DNA of 49,560 bases from a virus (Duplodnaviria > Caudoviricetes), in the IMG/VR virus record IMGVR_UViG_3300011338_000327, positions 1 through 49,560 of that record. The stretch is one strand, 5' to 3'. Position numbers and translations under genes: made by a program. The notes under the pieces are model-generated. The model saw only the letters and a list, made by a program, of their open reading frames with translations. It ran no database searches and was not told where the DNA came from. This document shows, piece after piece, positions 39,633 through 48,421 of the stretch. Every line of letters begins with the position of its first letter. Position 1 is the stretch's first letter.

Positions 39633-40832
39633 TTACAGTCCAGTTTCGCAAGGCAAAGGATTGCCATCAAATGGGCAACGCTTGTAGACAATCGCACACA
39701 CGTTCTGTGGGCGAATTGGCTGGATAGCGCGTTGGATTTGATAGATATGCTGACCGAAGTCACCATACAAGTTACAATCATTGTCGCGGAAGTATGTCCA
39801 CTCCAACTCACCCATGGCAAGCTGAGGAGCAAAACGGAATGTTCCTTCACCAACGTATTGTTCAGGCACGAGGCGTTTGAACGCTTCGCCACCGATTACA
39901 AACATAACTTCGTAATCAGCAGCTACCCAAGCTGGGTTGCGGCGTTGAGCAAAACCATTTGTCACTGCAGTGCTGACGATTGGGTTGACAAGAACGAGAT
40001 TGCCACTGCCATCAAAACCAGTAGCGCGAAGTGGCTGTTGGTCGATACCAAAGGCGAAACCGCGATAGCCCATAAACTGATAACCAGAGATGGACTCATC
40101 ACCCAACTTGAACGAACCAGCGGTAAGATAGAGCAAGTCTTCTTTAACATCTGCATCGTTACGGAAGTTTTCGATCTGATCGGCAGAAGCGAGAACTTGG
40201 AAGAACTCACCATCTTTGGATGCAAAAGGCTCTGCAAGCATCTCTTCGCGGAGGAAAGTACCAATGCGATAGAGGGTCTTGAAGTTCATAGGCGCATCAG
40301 GTAGATGAGTGGCGAACTTGGTGTTGATTTGCTGCATATCACCCGTGAGGTTATTGCCAAACGAGTATGTGCTGTTGACAACGTATTTAATACCAGACTG
40401 AATGAGGTATTGATAACGGATGTCAGCGTTGATGATCTGAAGGATCGTTTTCTCAAGTGAAACTTGAGCTTGGAGGTAAGAACCTTTAAACGCCGTGCGA
40501 GCTTGCTTAACGCAAACACGAGGGCCAGCACCACGAAGAGTCTGGAGTTGGAACTGATACTCAGTCGAGCCAACAACATCAGGGGTTGCACCGATTCCGC
40601 AAAGGTTCAGATCGTTTTGGAACGTAGGAGAAGCGAGAGAAGCGGCAGGCACTGCCATTTCCTCAACAACGCTACGAACAACGTCCGATACGCTAGGAAG
40701 AGTTCCGCCATCAATCGAGTTGATGTAAGGAGATTTGCGAGCAAGCACACGACCGATTTGGCCGATGATGCGGTTTACGTCTTTAGAAGCGAAATTCTGA
40801 ATTGTCGCTAGTGGGATACATTCTTGAGCCAT
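39633..40832 (-). CDS. Major capsid protein
   Basis: 399 aa, downstream of portal and scaffold, own promoter and structured leader, hairpin after the stop. Confidence 0.75.
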   Translation of the reverse strand: MAQECIPLATIQNFASKDVNRIIGQIGRVLARKSPYINSIDGGTLPSVSDVVRSVVEEMAVPAASLASPTFQNDLNLCGIGATPDVVGSTEYQFQLQTLRGAGPRVCVKQARTAFKGSYLQAQVSLEKTILQIINADIRYQYLIQSGIKYVVNSTYSFGNNLTGDMQQINTKFATHLPDAPMNFKTLYRIGTFLREEMLAEPFASKDGEFFQVLASADQIENFRNDADVKEDLLYLTAGSFKLGDESISGYQFMGYRGFAFGIDQQPLRATGFDGSGNLVLVNPIVSTAVTNGFAQRRNPAWVAADYEVMFVIGGEAFKRLVPEQYVGEGTFRFAPQLAMGELEWTYFRDNDCNLYGDFGQHIYQIQRAIQPIRPQNVCAIVYKRCPFDGNPLPCETGL

Positions 40833-41050
40833 AATATTTGTTTTCTGATTTTGTTTTGTTTAGGTTTGTTCTGCTTGAACCGACCCTTTAGAAGATCTAT
40901 TGGGCGACATTCAAGTGCATAGAAATGCTTGCGCAATTCTACTGCTTGTTTCTTGTTTGTTCGCCCCGGCACGTTGGGCTTGTTGATACGGCCTGTTTGT
41001 GGATTTTGTGACTTCCACGGAGTCATAGGTATACGGAACCTACCTGCCGA
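40833..41050 (-). promoter_or_regulatory. Long structured 5' leader of the capsid gene
   Basis: At least four hairpins separated by CAA-rich linkers, one with a GCAA tetraloop, one forming a possible H-type pseudoknot; TTGACA at 41084-41089 upstream. Confidence 0.6.
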
Positions 41051-41101
41051 AGTGAATTCAGAACTGCGATATATTAACGAATATGTCAACAAAAAACATT
41101 C

Positions 41102-41130
41102 CGTGACATAGAAAAAATAATTATGTCACG
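41102..41130. promoter_or_regulatory. Perfect 9-bp inverted repeat CGTGACATA-N11-TATGTCACG (operator-like)
   Basis: Direct reading; lies between divergent -35 boxes. Confidence 0.6.
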
Positions 41131-41143
41131 ACGAAAAAAAGAT

Positions 41144-41172
41144 TTGACCTGTTAAAAAAACAATGCAATATT
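41144..41172 (+). promoter_or_regulatory. Putative rightward promoter TTGACC-17-AATATT with extended TG
   Basis: Good -35, weak -10, A-tract upstream; precedes the structured RNA. Confidence 0.4.
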
Positions 41173-41184
41173 TCTAACATCTTA

Positions 41185-41280
41185 CTTGAATTTTCACAGG
41201 ATTCAGGCGAAATAATTTTACTCTCCAGCAAAATAACCCGTCTCGATACTGTGAATATCAAGGCGGGTTTTTCCTTTTGT
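41185..41280 (+). terminator. Hairpin plus intrinsic terminator with fully complementary 7-nt loops
   Basis: CUUGAAUU-[UUCACAG]-GAUUCAGG and AACCCGUCU.GAUA-[CUGUGAA]-UAUC.AGGCGGGUU-UUUCCUUUU. Confidence 0.7.
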
Positions 41281-41284
41281 ATGA

Positions 41285-41615
41285 AGCCTAACGGCAGTTC
41301 CCAAAAGTAGCCCTAAAATAAGATGAGCGTAGCACGGCATGGTTCTATCCCATGACTGCGGAACAAACCTGAAAAGGACTCCCGTGTGAAGGAGAGGCGT
41401 TGGGAGGGGTAACAGACTACCAACTTAATAGCTTCTTCCGAAAGGAAGAGGTCTGCGAATCAAACTGGCTCTCACCGAAAGGTGTAAACTAAAGTAAGGC
41501 TAGGCAAAGGACGACCTCTGGCCGAGTGATTCATAAAAGCATACGAACGGCTCCATACGAGAAAGCATCGTGTATTTTTAGCAGTATCCCATTATGTGGG
41601 ATCTGCTATGCACCG
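41285..41615 (+). ncRNA. Candidate large structured non-coding RNA, family not recognised
   Basis: No useful ORF; nested helices and three GAAA tetraloops (CCU-GAAA-AGG, UCUUCC-GAAA-GGAAGA, CACC-GAAA-GGUG). Confidence 0.6.
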
Positions 41616-41644
41616 AACTCACCACCAAGTAAGCATTGTATAAC

Positions 41645-42220
41645 TTACAGCAAAGATGCCATTACTTCTGACTTAGGAATATCACATTTATCAATGTGAC
41701 GAACTTTATCACCGATAGCAGATAGTCTATCTTTTATGTTAAGAATATCTGATTCTATTTTTAACACATTATCTGATATGAATTCCTCTGAGATAAATTT
41801 GTGAATTGCAGCAGCGCAATTTTCTCTATTAGAATAAAAAAGAAAGCACGGACGACCATTTGTCATGTTCAGTTCACCTTGATACGGAATAGCGTCAGAT
41901 GGAGTGAATCCAAGATTAACGACATCGTAATCAGACATCCATCCACCACCGGCAGCGTGTAATGCTGACCATCTAGAGTAACGAGCGACAATTTGTGGAA
42001 AATAGTGCCGCAAGTTATCTGGAAGTGTATGCAATAACTTCCCTAGTTTTTGTATTAGTTTAGTGTGTAGATTAGATGCTGCTGCGTGAGACTTGTTAAG
42101 CATCACGCAATCCCAACCATTTTTCTCCCATGAGGTCTTCCACCAGTTTGCACGGGCAAATTGCTCTGCCTGTGGCAATGTCTGGATACTTTCATAGTAT
42201 GAGTAAACTTTAGTTTTCAT
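41645..42220 (-). CDS. DXD glycosyltransferase (GT32/Och1-like)
   Basis: WKTSWEKNGW, RWSALHAAGGGWMSDYDV. Confidence 0.65.
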   Translation of the reverse strand: MKTKVYSYYESIQTLPQAEQFARANWWKTSWEKNGWDCVMLNKSHAAASNLHTKLIQKLGKLLHTLPDNLRHYFPQIVARYSRWSALHAAGGGWMSDYDVVNLGFTPSDAIPYQGELNMTNGRPCFLFYSNRENCAAAIHKFISEEFISDNVLKIESDILNIKDRLSAIGDKVRHIDKCDIPKSEVMASLL

Positions 42221-42250
42221 AATAGATGTTTTTATGTCTATTTACAAACT

Positions 42251-43384
42251 TTAGTATGCTTTACTTCCAACATGGAAGACGGGTGTTCCGAGATCAATGT
42301 GTGGCTGATGTCCAGCTTCTTTTGCTCTTTTACAGAATGAAACGTCTTCGCTTGTTTGAGGATTAATAGGGCGGAAGTAATCGAATGTTGATTGAATAGA
42401 GCTATTACCTTGCGTCGATAGCTCAGGGAATTTTTGTTTAATGTCATTTAATACCTTTCTGTGTATCAATAGACAACCTGTGCCAATCCAATCAACTGGG
42501 GCAATCACATCAGGGTATGTTTTAGCTTTAGCGTCAAGCGAACGATCTGAAACCATAAGTGAAGATCCTTCCTTGCGACCAAAATAAGCCCCTCCAACAA
42601 GGGTTTTGCCGCTGCCTATCAACCGATGAATAATATGCCTCTGTAGTGGCAAATCTGCTAATTTACGAGCCGCTGTAACTGTTGAACGTATCCATGATGG
42701 ACGACCGATTGAAGGAATAATGTCATCATCAATCATCAACATCCATTTTGCGTCCGTTTCTAGGAACTTTTGAATAAGATTGTTTCTTGCGTCTCGAATT
42801 GTTTCTTCACCGATTGACATATCGAAGCGGATCTTGTCACGTCCGAAATCAAGTGCCATTGCAATCATTGTGAATGCCGTTACAGGGTTAGTTGTCTTGT
42901 AACATGGAAATCCAACAAAGATGTCGCGTCCTGCAAACTCACAACGATACGATGGAAGTCCATCACTTGAGCGAGACTCTACAATAGGTTTCTCATATGG
43001 TAATGTATTGTTTAGTTCTTGTGTTTGAACTTCCTCTACAATGGGAATTTCAGGTGTTTTGTCGGAAATATGTATGCTTTTTTCCGTCAAAACTTGTTCT
43101 TGAGATTTTTTGAAAGGAATATCGCTATCTTTTTCTTTCAAAACTGGTATTTCGATGTTTTCAAGAGGTTTTTCCTCTTCAACTTTGACATTTTCCTCAA
43201 CTTTTGGAGTTTTTTCCTCAGATTTGAGTTTTTCATCAACTTTTGGCTTACGTCCCGGCTTTTTAGCAACTCGATTCTGATTTGCAGGTGGAATTACCTG
43301 TCCCGGCCTTGCAAATGGGTCAGCAGACTCCAATGCGTTCATAGTGATTCGCTCATCTGGCGATACTTTAGGTGTAATAGACAT
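42251..43384 (-). CDS. GT-A fold (GT2-like) glycosyltransferase with long charged N-terminal extension
   Basis: IFVGFPCY, ARNNLIQKFL, LMIDDD, GTGCLLIHR, SEDVSFCKRA. Confidence 0.8.
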   Translation of the reverse strand: MSITPKVSPDERITMNALESADPFARPGQVIPPANQNRVAKKPGRKPKVDEKLKSEEKTPKVEENVKVEEEKPLENIEIPVLKEKDSDIPFKKSQEQVLTEKSIHISDKTPEIPIVEEVQTQELNNTLPYEKPIVESRSSDGLPSYRCEFAGRDIFVGFPCYKTTNPVTAFTMIAMALDFGRDKIRFDMSIGEETIRDARNNLIQKFLETDAKWMLMIDDDIIPSIGRPSWIRSTVTAARKLADLPLQRHIIHRLIGSGKTLVGGAYFGRKEGSSLMVSDRSLDAKAKTYPDVIAPVDWIGTGCLLIHRKVLNDIKQKFPELSTQGNSSIQSTFDYFRPINPQTSEDVSFCKRAKEAGHQPHIDLGTPVFHVGSKAY

Positions 43385-43417
43385 ATATAGCTATTTATAA
43401 TGAGTTTTGTGTATAAT

Positions 43418-44683
43418 TTACAGTCCAGCTTCGTCCAAACCGAGGTCAATTGCGTCAGCAGCATTCATTTTAATGCGGTCGTGCATGGAACTTGGCTTAT
43501 TGCTAGTTGGTGTATTGATTGATTGCTTAGGAATCTTAGATGATCCCTTGAGTTTATTGTTTTCAGTAGTCAATTGCTTGATCTGATCCATCAATGCGTT
43601 TTTCTGCGCTTGTTCAGTGCGAAGTTGCTCAGTTAGAACATGGGAGAATACGGCAGATGCAGCTACATTTGCCCGTTCTTGAGCAGTTGTAGGCCATAGT
43701 GCGGACTCAAACTTCTGAGCAAGGCCAGCAACAGTCTCATTGTGCTTCTGAATCTGTGCAAGTTGCTCGGGAGTTGCATTAGGTGCTGGTTCAGCATACC
43801 TAGCCCATGGGAGTTCTTTTGTGATCTCATCAATGGTATTGTCAATATCTTTAATTGTATTGTCATACCATTCTTTATTTGCCGTCTCACGTTGAACAAG
43901 AATCTCGTCAGCGTGTTCAGCGGCATTGGCAATCTCAGCTTCTTGCTTCTCTTGCAGGTCAGATACGTCAACAAGACCACGCTTTAGACGCTCAGAATCT
44001 GTTAATGGCAGCTTTGAAAACGCATCTTGCTTCCAAAACTCATCAGATACCTTTGTTGGGCCACCAGCATCTTCAATAGACTTGATTACTTCGTCACCCG
44101 CACCATGTTTGCGGAGGATGCTGTAGACGCTTTCTTTGGCATTTTGGATCGGCTCAACGTATTTGCTTTTGAAATCTGGATCGTTTTTGATGTCGAAGAT
44201 TGCACGGAACTTTTTGAGTTCGTCGTAGTCTTGCGGAGCTTCAACTCTCTTACTTTCGGCTTCAAGGAGACGTTGACGCAGAATTTCGGCTTCAGCGGCT
44301 TGCTGTTTGTATGTTGATGCGGTTTCTTGAAGTTTACGCCAGTTGCTTTGGTTTTTTTCGGAGAGATTGCGAGGCTGCTCAATGGCTGCGATTTCTGGGT
44401 CGATGTCAACTTTCGGCTCTTGGACAGCTTGGGGTGTTGCAGTTTCTGCGACAGGCGTTGGCTCAACAGGTGTTGGAGCGACAGGCTCGTCCAGAACGCC
44501 ATCTGGTTCCTGTGCGGGTTCCTCCACTTGAGGTTGAATCGTTTCAGTAGTTTCTCCGATAGCTTCATCAAGGAGTGAATCAATTTGTGAGGATGTATCT
44601 TCATCTATTGGGTCTGAGTTGAGGCTAGGATTACCAAAGCCTGTTACGTCTGGTTCTACTACGTTTTCGTCTGTGTCTGTCAT
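43418..44683 (-). CDS. Putative capsid scaffolding protein
   Basis: Acidic Pro-rich N-terminus, long coiled coils; between portal and capsid genes. Confidence 0.65.
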   Translation of the reverse strand: MTDTDENVVEPDVTGFGNPSLNSDPIDEDTSSQIDSLLDEAIGETTETIQPQVEEPAQEPDGVLDEPVAPTPVEPTPVAETATPQAVQEPKVDIDPEIAAIEQPRNLSEKNQSNWRKLQETASTYKQQAAEAEILRQRLLEAESKRVEAPQDYDELKKFRAIFDIKNDPDFKSKYVEPIQNAKESVYSILRKHGAGDEVIKSIEDAGGPTKVSDEFWKQDAFSKLPLTDSERLKRGLVDVSDLQEKQEAEIANAAEHADEILVQRETANKEWYDNTIKDIDNTIDEITKELPWARYAEPAPNATPEQLAQIQKHNETVAGLAQKFESALWPTTAQERANVAASAVFSHVLTEQLRTEQAQKNALMDQIKQLTTENNKLKGSSKIPKQSINTPTSNKPSSMHDRIKMNAADAIDLGLDEAGL

Positions 44684-44714
44684 ATTTTTATATTTTTACT
44701 GAAGTTATATATTT

Positions 44715-44954
44715 TTACATTGCGGTAAAATTACCAGCAGATGCGTCTTGGTTTTCTTCGTTCATGGAAGAAAGGTCTCGCAGTTCGCGAATAGCGAATT
44801 CAAAACCTTCTTTGAACTTCGCTTGAAGTGCAACTTCCTCAATAGTCTTTCCGTCACACAATGGAATGCGTGATCGGTAATATTCTATTAATTTATTGTT
44901 AGATTTGATTAAATATTCCCGTAAGGTAACGCTGTCTGCGCTAGTCCATTTCAT
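44715..44954 (-). CDS. Small helical head-module protein
   Basis: 79 aa, between portal and scaffold. Confidence 0.65.
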   Translation of the reverse strand: MKWTSADSVTLREYLIKSNNKLIEYYRSRIPLCDGKTIEEVALQAKFKEGFEFAIRELRDLSSMNEENQDASAGNFTAM

Positions 44955-44981
44955 AATGATATTTATTTATTTATTGTTTCT

Positions 44982-45341
44982 TTATTTTAAACCTTCGTCA
45001 ATAGCTTCGTAAGAAGATACTGGCCTTGCAACATTCCTGTTGTAATTTGGATCAAGCATTTCTTTAACAAGTTGCTTTCCACCTCTAAGATAATGACTAA
45101 GCGATTCATCAGCCATTCCACTCATGCCTTGCTTGTTAAGTCGATCAATTGTTGCTTGTTCGTTATCAGGAGCAACTGGTTTTCTTGGAGCAGTTCCACC
45201 AATCATTTCATTAACAAGTTTTTTACCTCCACGAAGATAACCGCCTAGAGATTCATCTGGTGAACCGCTCATGCCTTGTTTATTAAGTTGATCGTATGCT
45301 TGCGATTCTGTTAGTTTTGATTGTGTGTTTGCTCCGCCCAT
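44982..45341 (-). CDS. Small protein with MGG start and an internal duplicated ~33-aa unit
   Basis: LNKQGMSG..DESL..YLRGGK.LV.EM occurs twice; start reassigned to 45341. Confidence 0.65.
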   Translation of the reverse strand: MGGANTQSKLTESQAYDQLNKQGMSGSPDESLGGYLRGGKKLVNEMIGGTAPRKPVAPDNEQATIDRLNKQGMSGMADESLSHYLRGGKQLVKEMLDPNYNRNVARPVSSYEAIDEGLK

Positions 45342-45345
45342 AATA

Positions 45346-47760
45346 TTAAGCTGCTGTTGGTGGTTTAGGTGGGTTAGCAATTTCGCTAATCGTTCCACCT
45401 TGTGTTGGTGATGCTGCCGCCGTTAGTTCTGCGACATTTTTAGATTGTGCTGCGGCTTGCCTTCCTCCTCCTCCACCACCTTGATGCGGTGGCATTGCTG
45501 CCGCTGGTTGTAATTCTGGAGGTGGAGGTGTTCCATGACCTGCTGTAAGATGTGCAAACGCTTGTTTAGCCGATTGCTCGTATTTAGAAACTTCAGTTCC
45601 TTTCGCCTTAGCTTGTTGAACGTGCATCATAAAGTGACGCAACGCTTGCATGAATGGCTGAACCATCTCAGGTGGCAATGCGCCAGCAGGAGCTTGCTCA
45701 ATCAATGGCATTAGCTTCTGAGACATTACATCCAAGTGAACAATGTCATTATCCCGTGGTGAAACAGGAATCTCTTGACCTGCAATGATAGATTGCAACT
45801 CAACAATCTGTTGACGTGTAGCCTCAATAGCCAGCGTCTCAACTTGATCCTTTGGCAAGATAACTTGGTTTGCAATGCTCTCACCCAACTTACGCGACCA
45901 ATCAAGTTTCAGCAACTCGTCTTGGTTTACGTTAGGATTGCCAGTATAGCGTTGCACCATCATATCCAACATGGCGTTGTCCTGCGCTTGAGTGTCGGGG
46001 AGTAACTCTTCGGCAGGGCTATACGCCATGAGGAGGATATCACTTGGTGGAAGGTTACGTTCCATCATGTTAAGGCAACAATTGATTGCTTCCTCATCAA
46101 GATGCTCAGGAACTTCAAAAGGAACTAGGAATGATGGAAGATCCATCACAGAACGATCAAAAGCATCAACAACTTCACGTCTAGCCCAGACTGCGTTAGG
46201 AACAATTTGACGTGCAATATCAAGACGTGTCTTTAGTTCAGCAGCGGACTTAACGTGTTCTGGATGGCAAATACCACGTTGCATACGTTCAACGCATTTA
46301 GAGTATTGTTTCGTCCAACGCATCAAGATACCTTCGCGGAGTTGGTTCTCAATAGCTGCAACACGATTAACTTCGGATGCAGTTGCGCGACCTTGCTTCT
46401 CACCAATAGCTTGACCGGGCAAGAACGTGCCAACTTGGATTTCAGCTAGTCCACTAATAAACTGATCTAGGCGAAGGAAATCATCAACATCAGCAGGGAG
46501 ATTCTGTGGAATGACATCATATCCTTCCGCGATATAGCAGATAGGATGATGGACAGTAAGTGGTGCTGCTCCAGCTTTAGCATTTGGCCCTTTCTTGAGC
46601 AACAGCATTCCTTTGAGATATACGTTATCAACAACAAGGTTACGAGCTTTATCAACAGCGATATGTGTGTTGTACAAGTCACGTCCTGCACCACGGGAAC
46701 CCATAAGATTGCCATTGCCAATTTCAATAGCAAACAAAGATAAGCACTCACTCATCTTATTGTAACGATCAATCTGCGTACAAATCTCGTCGCCACTCTT
46801 ATCGTCAAACAAGAATCGGCTAATCTTGCCATGCGGTTCTCTAACGAGCAACTCACCTAATTCAACATACTTTGCGTCATTTTCATAACTTGCTCCGTAA
46901 CTACCTTCACGAATCCAGTCTTCATAACGCCTAGCGTCATCGTCGCTGTCGAGCGTTCTGCCAGCAGGAACAGCGTTGTTAATCGATTTAACTAGGTTCT
47001 TAATATGCCAACCAGCCATTGCAGACATAACTGGATCTTCCAAGATAGGAAGCAATTCAGCAATTTGATACCTGCGTTTCCTTGCCCAAATCGGTGTTCC
47101 TTCAACTTCTTGCGGAGTCTCAATAGAAAAAAACGTATAATCTTGTCTTAGAAATTCTGGTTTCCAATCACGAAGATCATCCCAGCAAACGCCACAAAAG
47201 CCAAAAGTTGTGTTCTCATGTACGATTTGCGCCAATAAATCATCATGTCCAGACCATCCACGGATCGTTTTAGTAATTTCCTCACGGAATACTTTAGTCT
47301 TGTTCTCAGCGTCTACTCCTTCGACTGGGAACTTGGAGAAAGTGAGAGTTGCAGCCTGTTCGATGACTTGCCGAAACGGAGGTTGAATTCTGCTAACCAT
47401 CGTGGAAAGAAAACCAGTAGGGCGATTAGACCGCCAGTTCTGACCCATGCTTTCCAGCTTTTTAGCACTATATGGAGGCTCATTGTTTAGTTTCTTTTGA
47501 ATGAGTTGGTTCTTCTTGTTCCTTTCGACATTCTGCTGTTTAAGCCTGCGATATGCAGAGTACGCTTGAGCGGCATCCTTAAAAGTCCGCTTAACCTGCA
47601 AAGTATCTTTATTAACAGTATCGGAATTATTGCCAGTAGTAGGATCAACAACATCAAGATCGAGGATGCGAGGTTTATCGTGTGAATTAGTAATCCTTGG
47701 AGATTTATTCGCATAACTATCAGTAACGAATGCGGGAAGCGGTTTAAGAACGTCTGCCAT
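45346..47760 (-). CDS. Portal protein
   Basis: 804 aa, RATASEV motif, Pro/Gln-rich C-terminal tail; position after terminase. Confidence 0.75.
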   Translation of the reverse strand: MADVLKPLPAFVTDSYANKSPRITNSHDKPRILDLDVVDPTTGNNSDTVNKDTLQVKRTFKDAAQAYSAYRRLKQQNVERNKKNQLIQKKLNNEPPYSAKKLESMGQNWRSNRPTGFLSTMVSRIQPPFRQVIEQAATLTFSKFPVEGVDAENKTKVFREEITKTIRGWSGHDDLLAQIVHENTTFGFCGVCWDDLRDWKPEFLRQDYTFFSIETPQEVEGTPIWARKRRYQIAELLPILEDPVMSAMAGWHIKNLVKSINNAVPAGRTLDSDDDARRYEDWIREGSYGASYENDAKYVELGELLVREPHGKISRFLFDDKSGDEICTQIDRYNKMSECLSLFAIEIGNGNLMGSRGAGRDLYNTHIAVDKARNLVVDNVYLKGMLLLKKGPNAKAGAAPLTVHHPICYIAEGYDVIPQNLPADVDDFLRLDQFISGLAEIQVGTFLPGQAIGEKQGRATASEVNRVAAIENQLREGILMRWTKQYSKCVERMQRGICHPEHVKSAAELKTRLDIARQIVPNAVWARREVVDAFDRSVMDLPSFLVPFEVPEHLDEEAINCCLNMMERNLPPSDILLMAYSPAEELLPDTQAQDNAMLDMMVQRYTGNPNVNQDELLKLDWSRKLGESIANQVILPKDQVETLAIEATRQQIVELQSIIAGQEIPVSPRDNDIVHLDVMSQKLMPLIEQAPAGALPPEMVQPFMQALRHFMMHVQQAKAKGTEVSKYEQSAKQAFAHLTAGHGTPPPPELQPAAAMPPHQGGGGGGRQAAAQSKNVAELTAAASPTQGGTISEIANPPKPPTAA

Positions 47761-47763
47761 AAT

Positions 47764-48345
47764 TTATTGTATATTCATCCAGCAATGGTCTGGGGTGGAG
47801 GTTGCTTGAGAAAGTTTATTCTTGTCAAAGAAAATTGCACTGCGGTTATCATGTCGCAAAATGCGACATCCTCCTAATTTAGTTGACGATTGAGTGTCTC
47901 TTCCGTTGCGAACACTTGCACTAATTCTATCTGCTGCTGAAATGCAAGAAGAACATCCGCCTCGCCAATTTTTATTATGTTGACAACCTTTGCAAATTTT
48001 TGCCCGTTCCTCTGCCAATCCATCAGAAACTAGGTTGTTTGCAGTTTTTGAATTAAGTAAATTTCTAGCCCAAGTTGTAATATCGTTAAGCAAAGCTTGC
48101 TGCTCAGATTCTGGGTGAACACTTGTCACAGTAACCATGTCAACTCCATGACAGAAATTAGGCCAGTTAGAGCAAATATAACTATTAACATCACCTTCAA
48201 CGTCACCAACAGACAAATGATTCTCTGCTCTGTAGTCCTCAACAACTTTAAGAAGTCCTTCATACGAATGTGCTGTCAACTTTGCGTCTGAATCAAAGTA
48301 GTGCCAACCGCCGGGCGGTATCATTCCAAGAATAACTTTTGCCAT
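47764..48345 (-). CDS. Cys-rich hypothetical protein
   Basis: PPGGWHY, YIC...FC, ICKGC, CSSC, GGC, HCW (8 Cys). Confidence 0.7.
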   Translation of the reverse strand: MAKVILGMIPPGGWHYFDSDAKLTAHSYEGLLKVVEDYRAENHLSVGDVEGDVNSYICSNWPNFCHGVDMVTVTSVHPESEQQALLNDITTWARNLLNSKTANNLVSDGLAEERAKICKGCQHNKNWRGGCSSCISAADRISASVRNGRDTQSSTKLGGCRILRHDNRSAIFFDKNKLSQATSTPDHCWMNIQ

Positions 48346-48355
48346 GAGTTCGATT

Positions 48356-48384
48356 CTAATATGTTAAAATATTAAGATTTGCAA
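48356..48384 (-). promoter_or_regulatory. Putative promoter TTGCAA-17-TATTAG
   Basis: Intergenic, canonical spacing, very short leader before the ATG. Confidence 0.4.
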
Positions 48385-48421
48385 GCGTTTTTTATCATTT
48401 TTGATGTATTAAGCAAGCAAA

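Noticed and set aside
40808-41111. ORFs 40808-41092 (-) and 40929-41111 (+) as real genes
   Set aside because: Non-ATG starts, overlap with the promoter and capsid start, no motifs; the region is better explained as a structured leader.
41285-41615. Group I/II intron, RNase P, tmRNA or tRNA identity for the structured RNA
   Set aside because: AGACUA resembles a group I R element but has no downstream UAGUC partner and no interrupted gene; no GAGGAAAGUCC, no tRNA-like ends and no convincing domain V.
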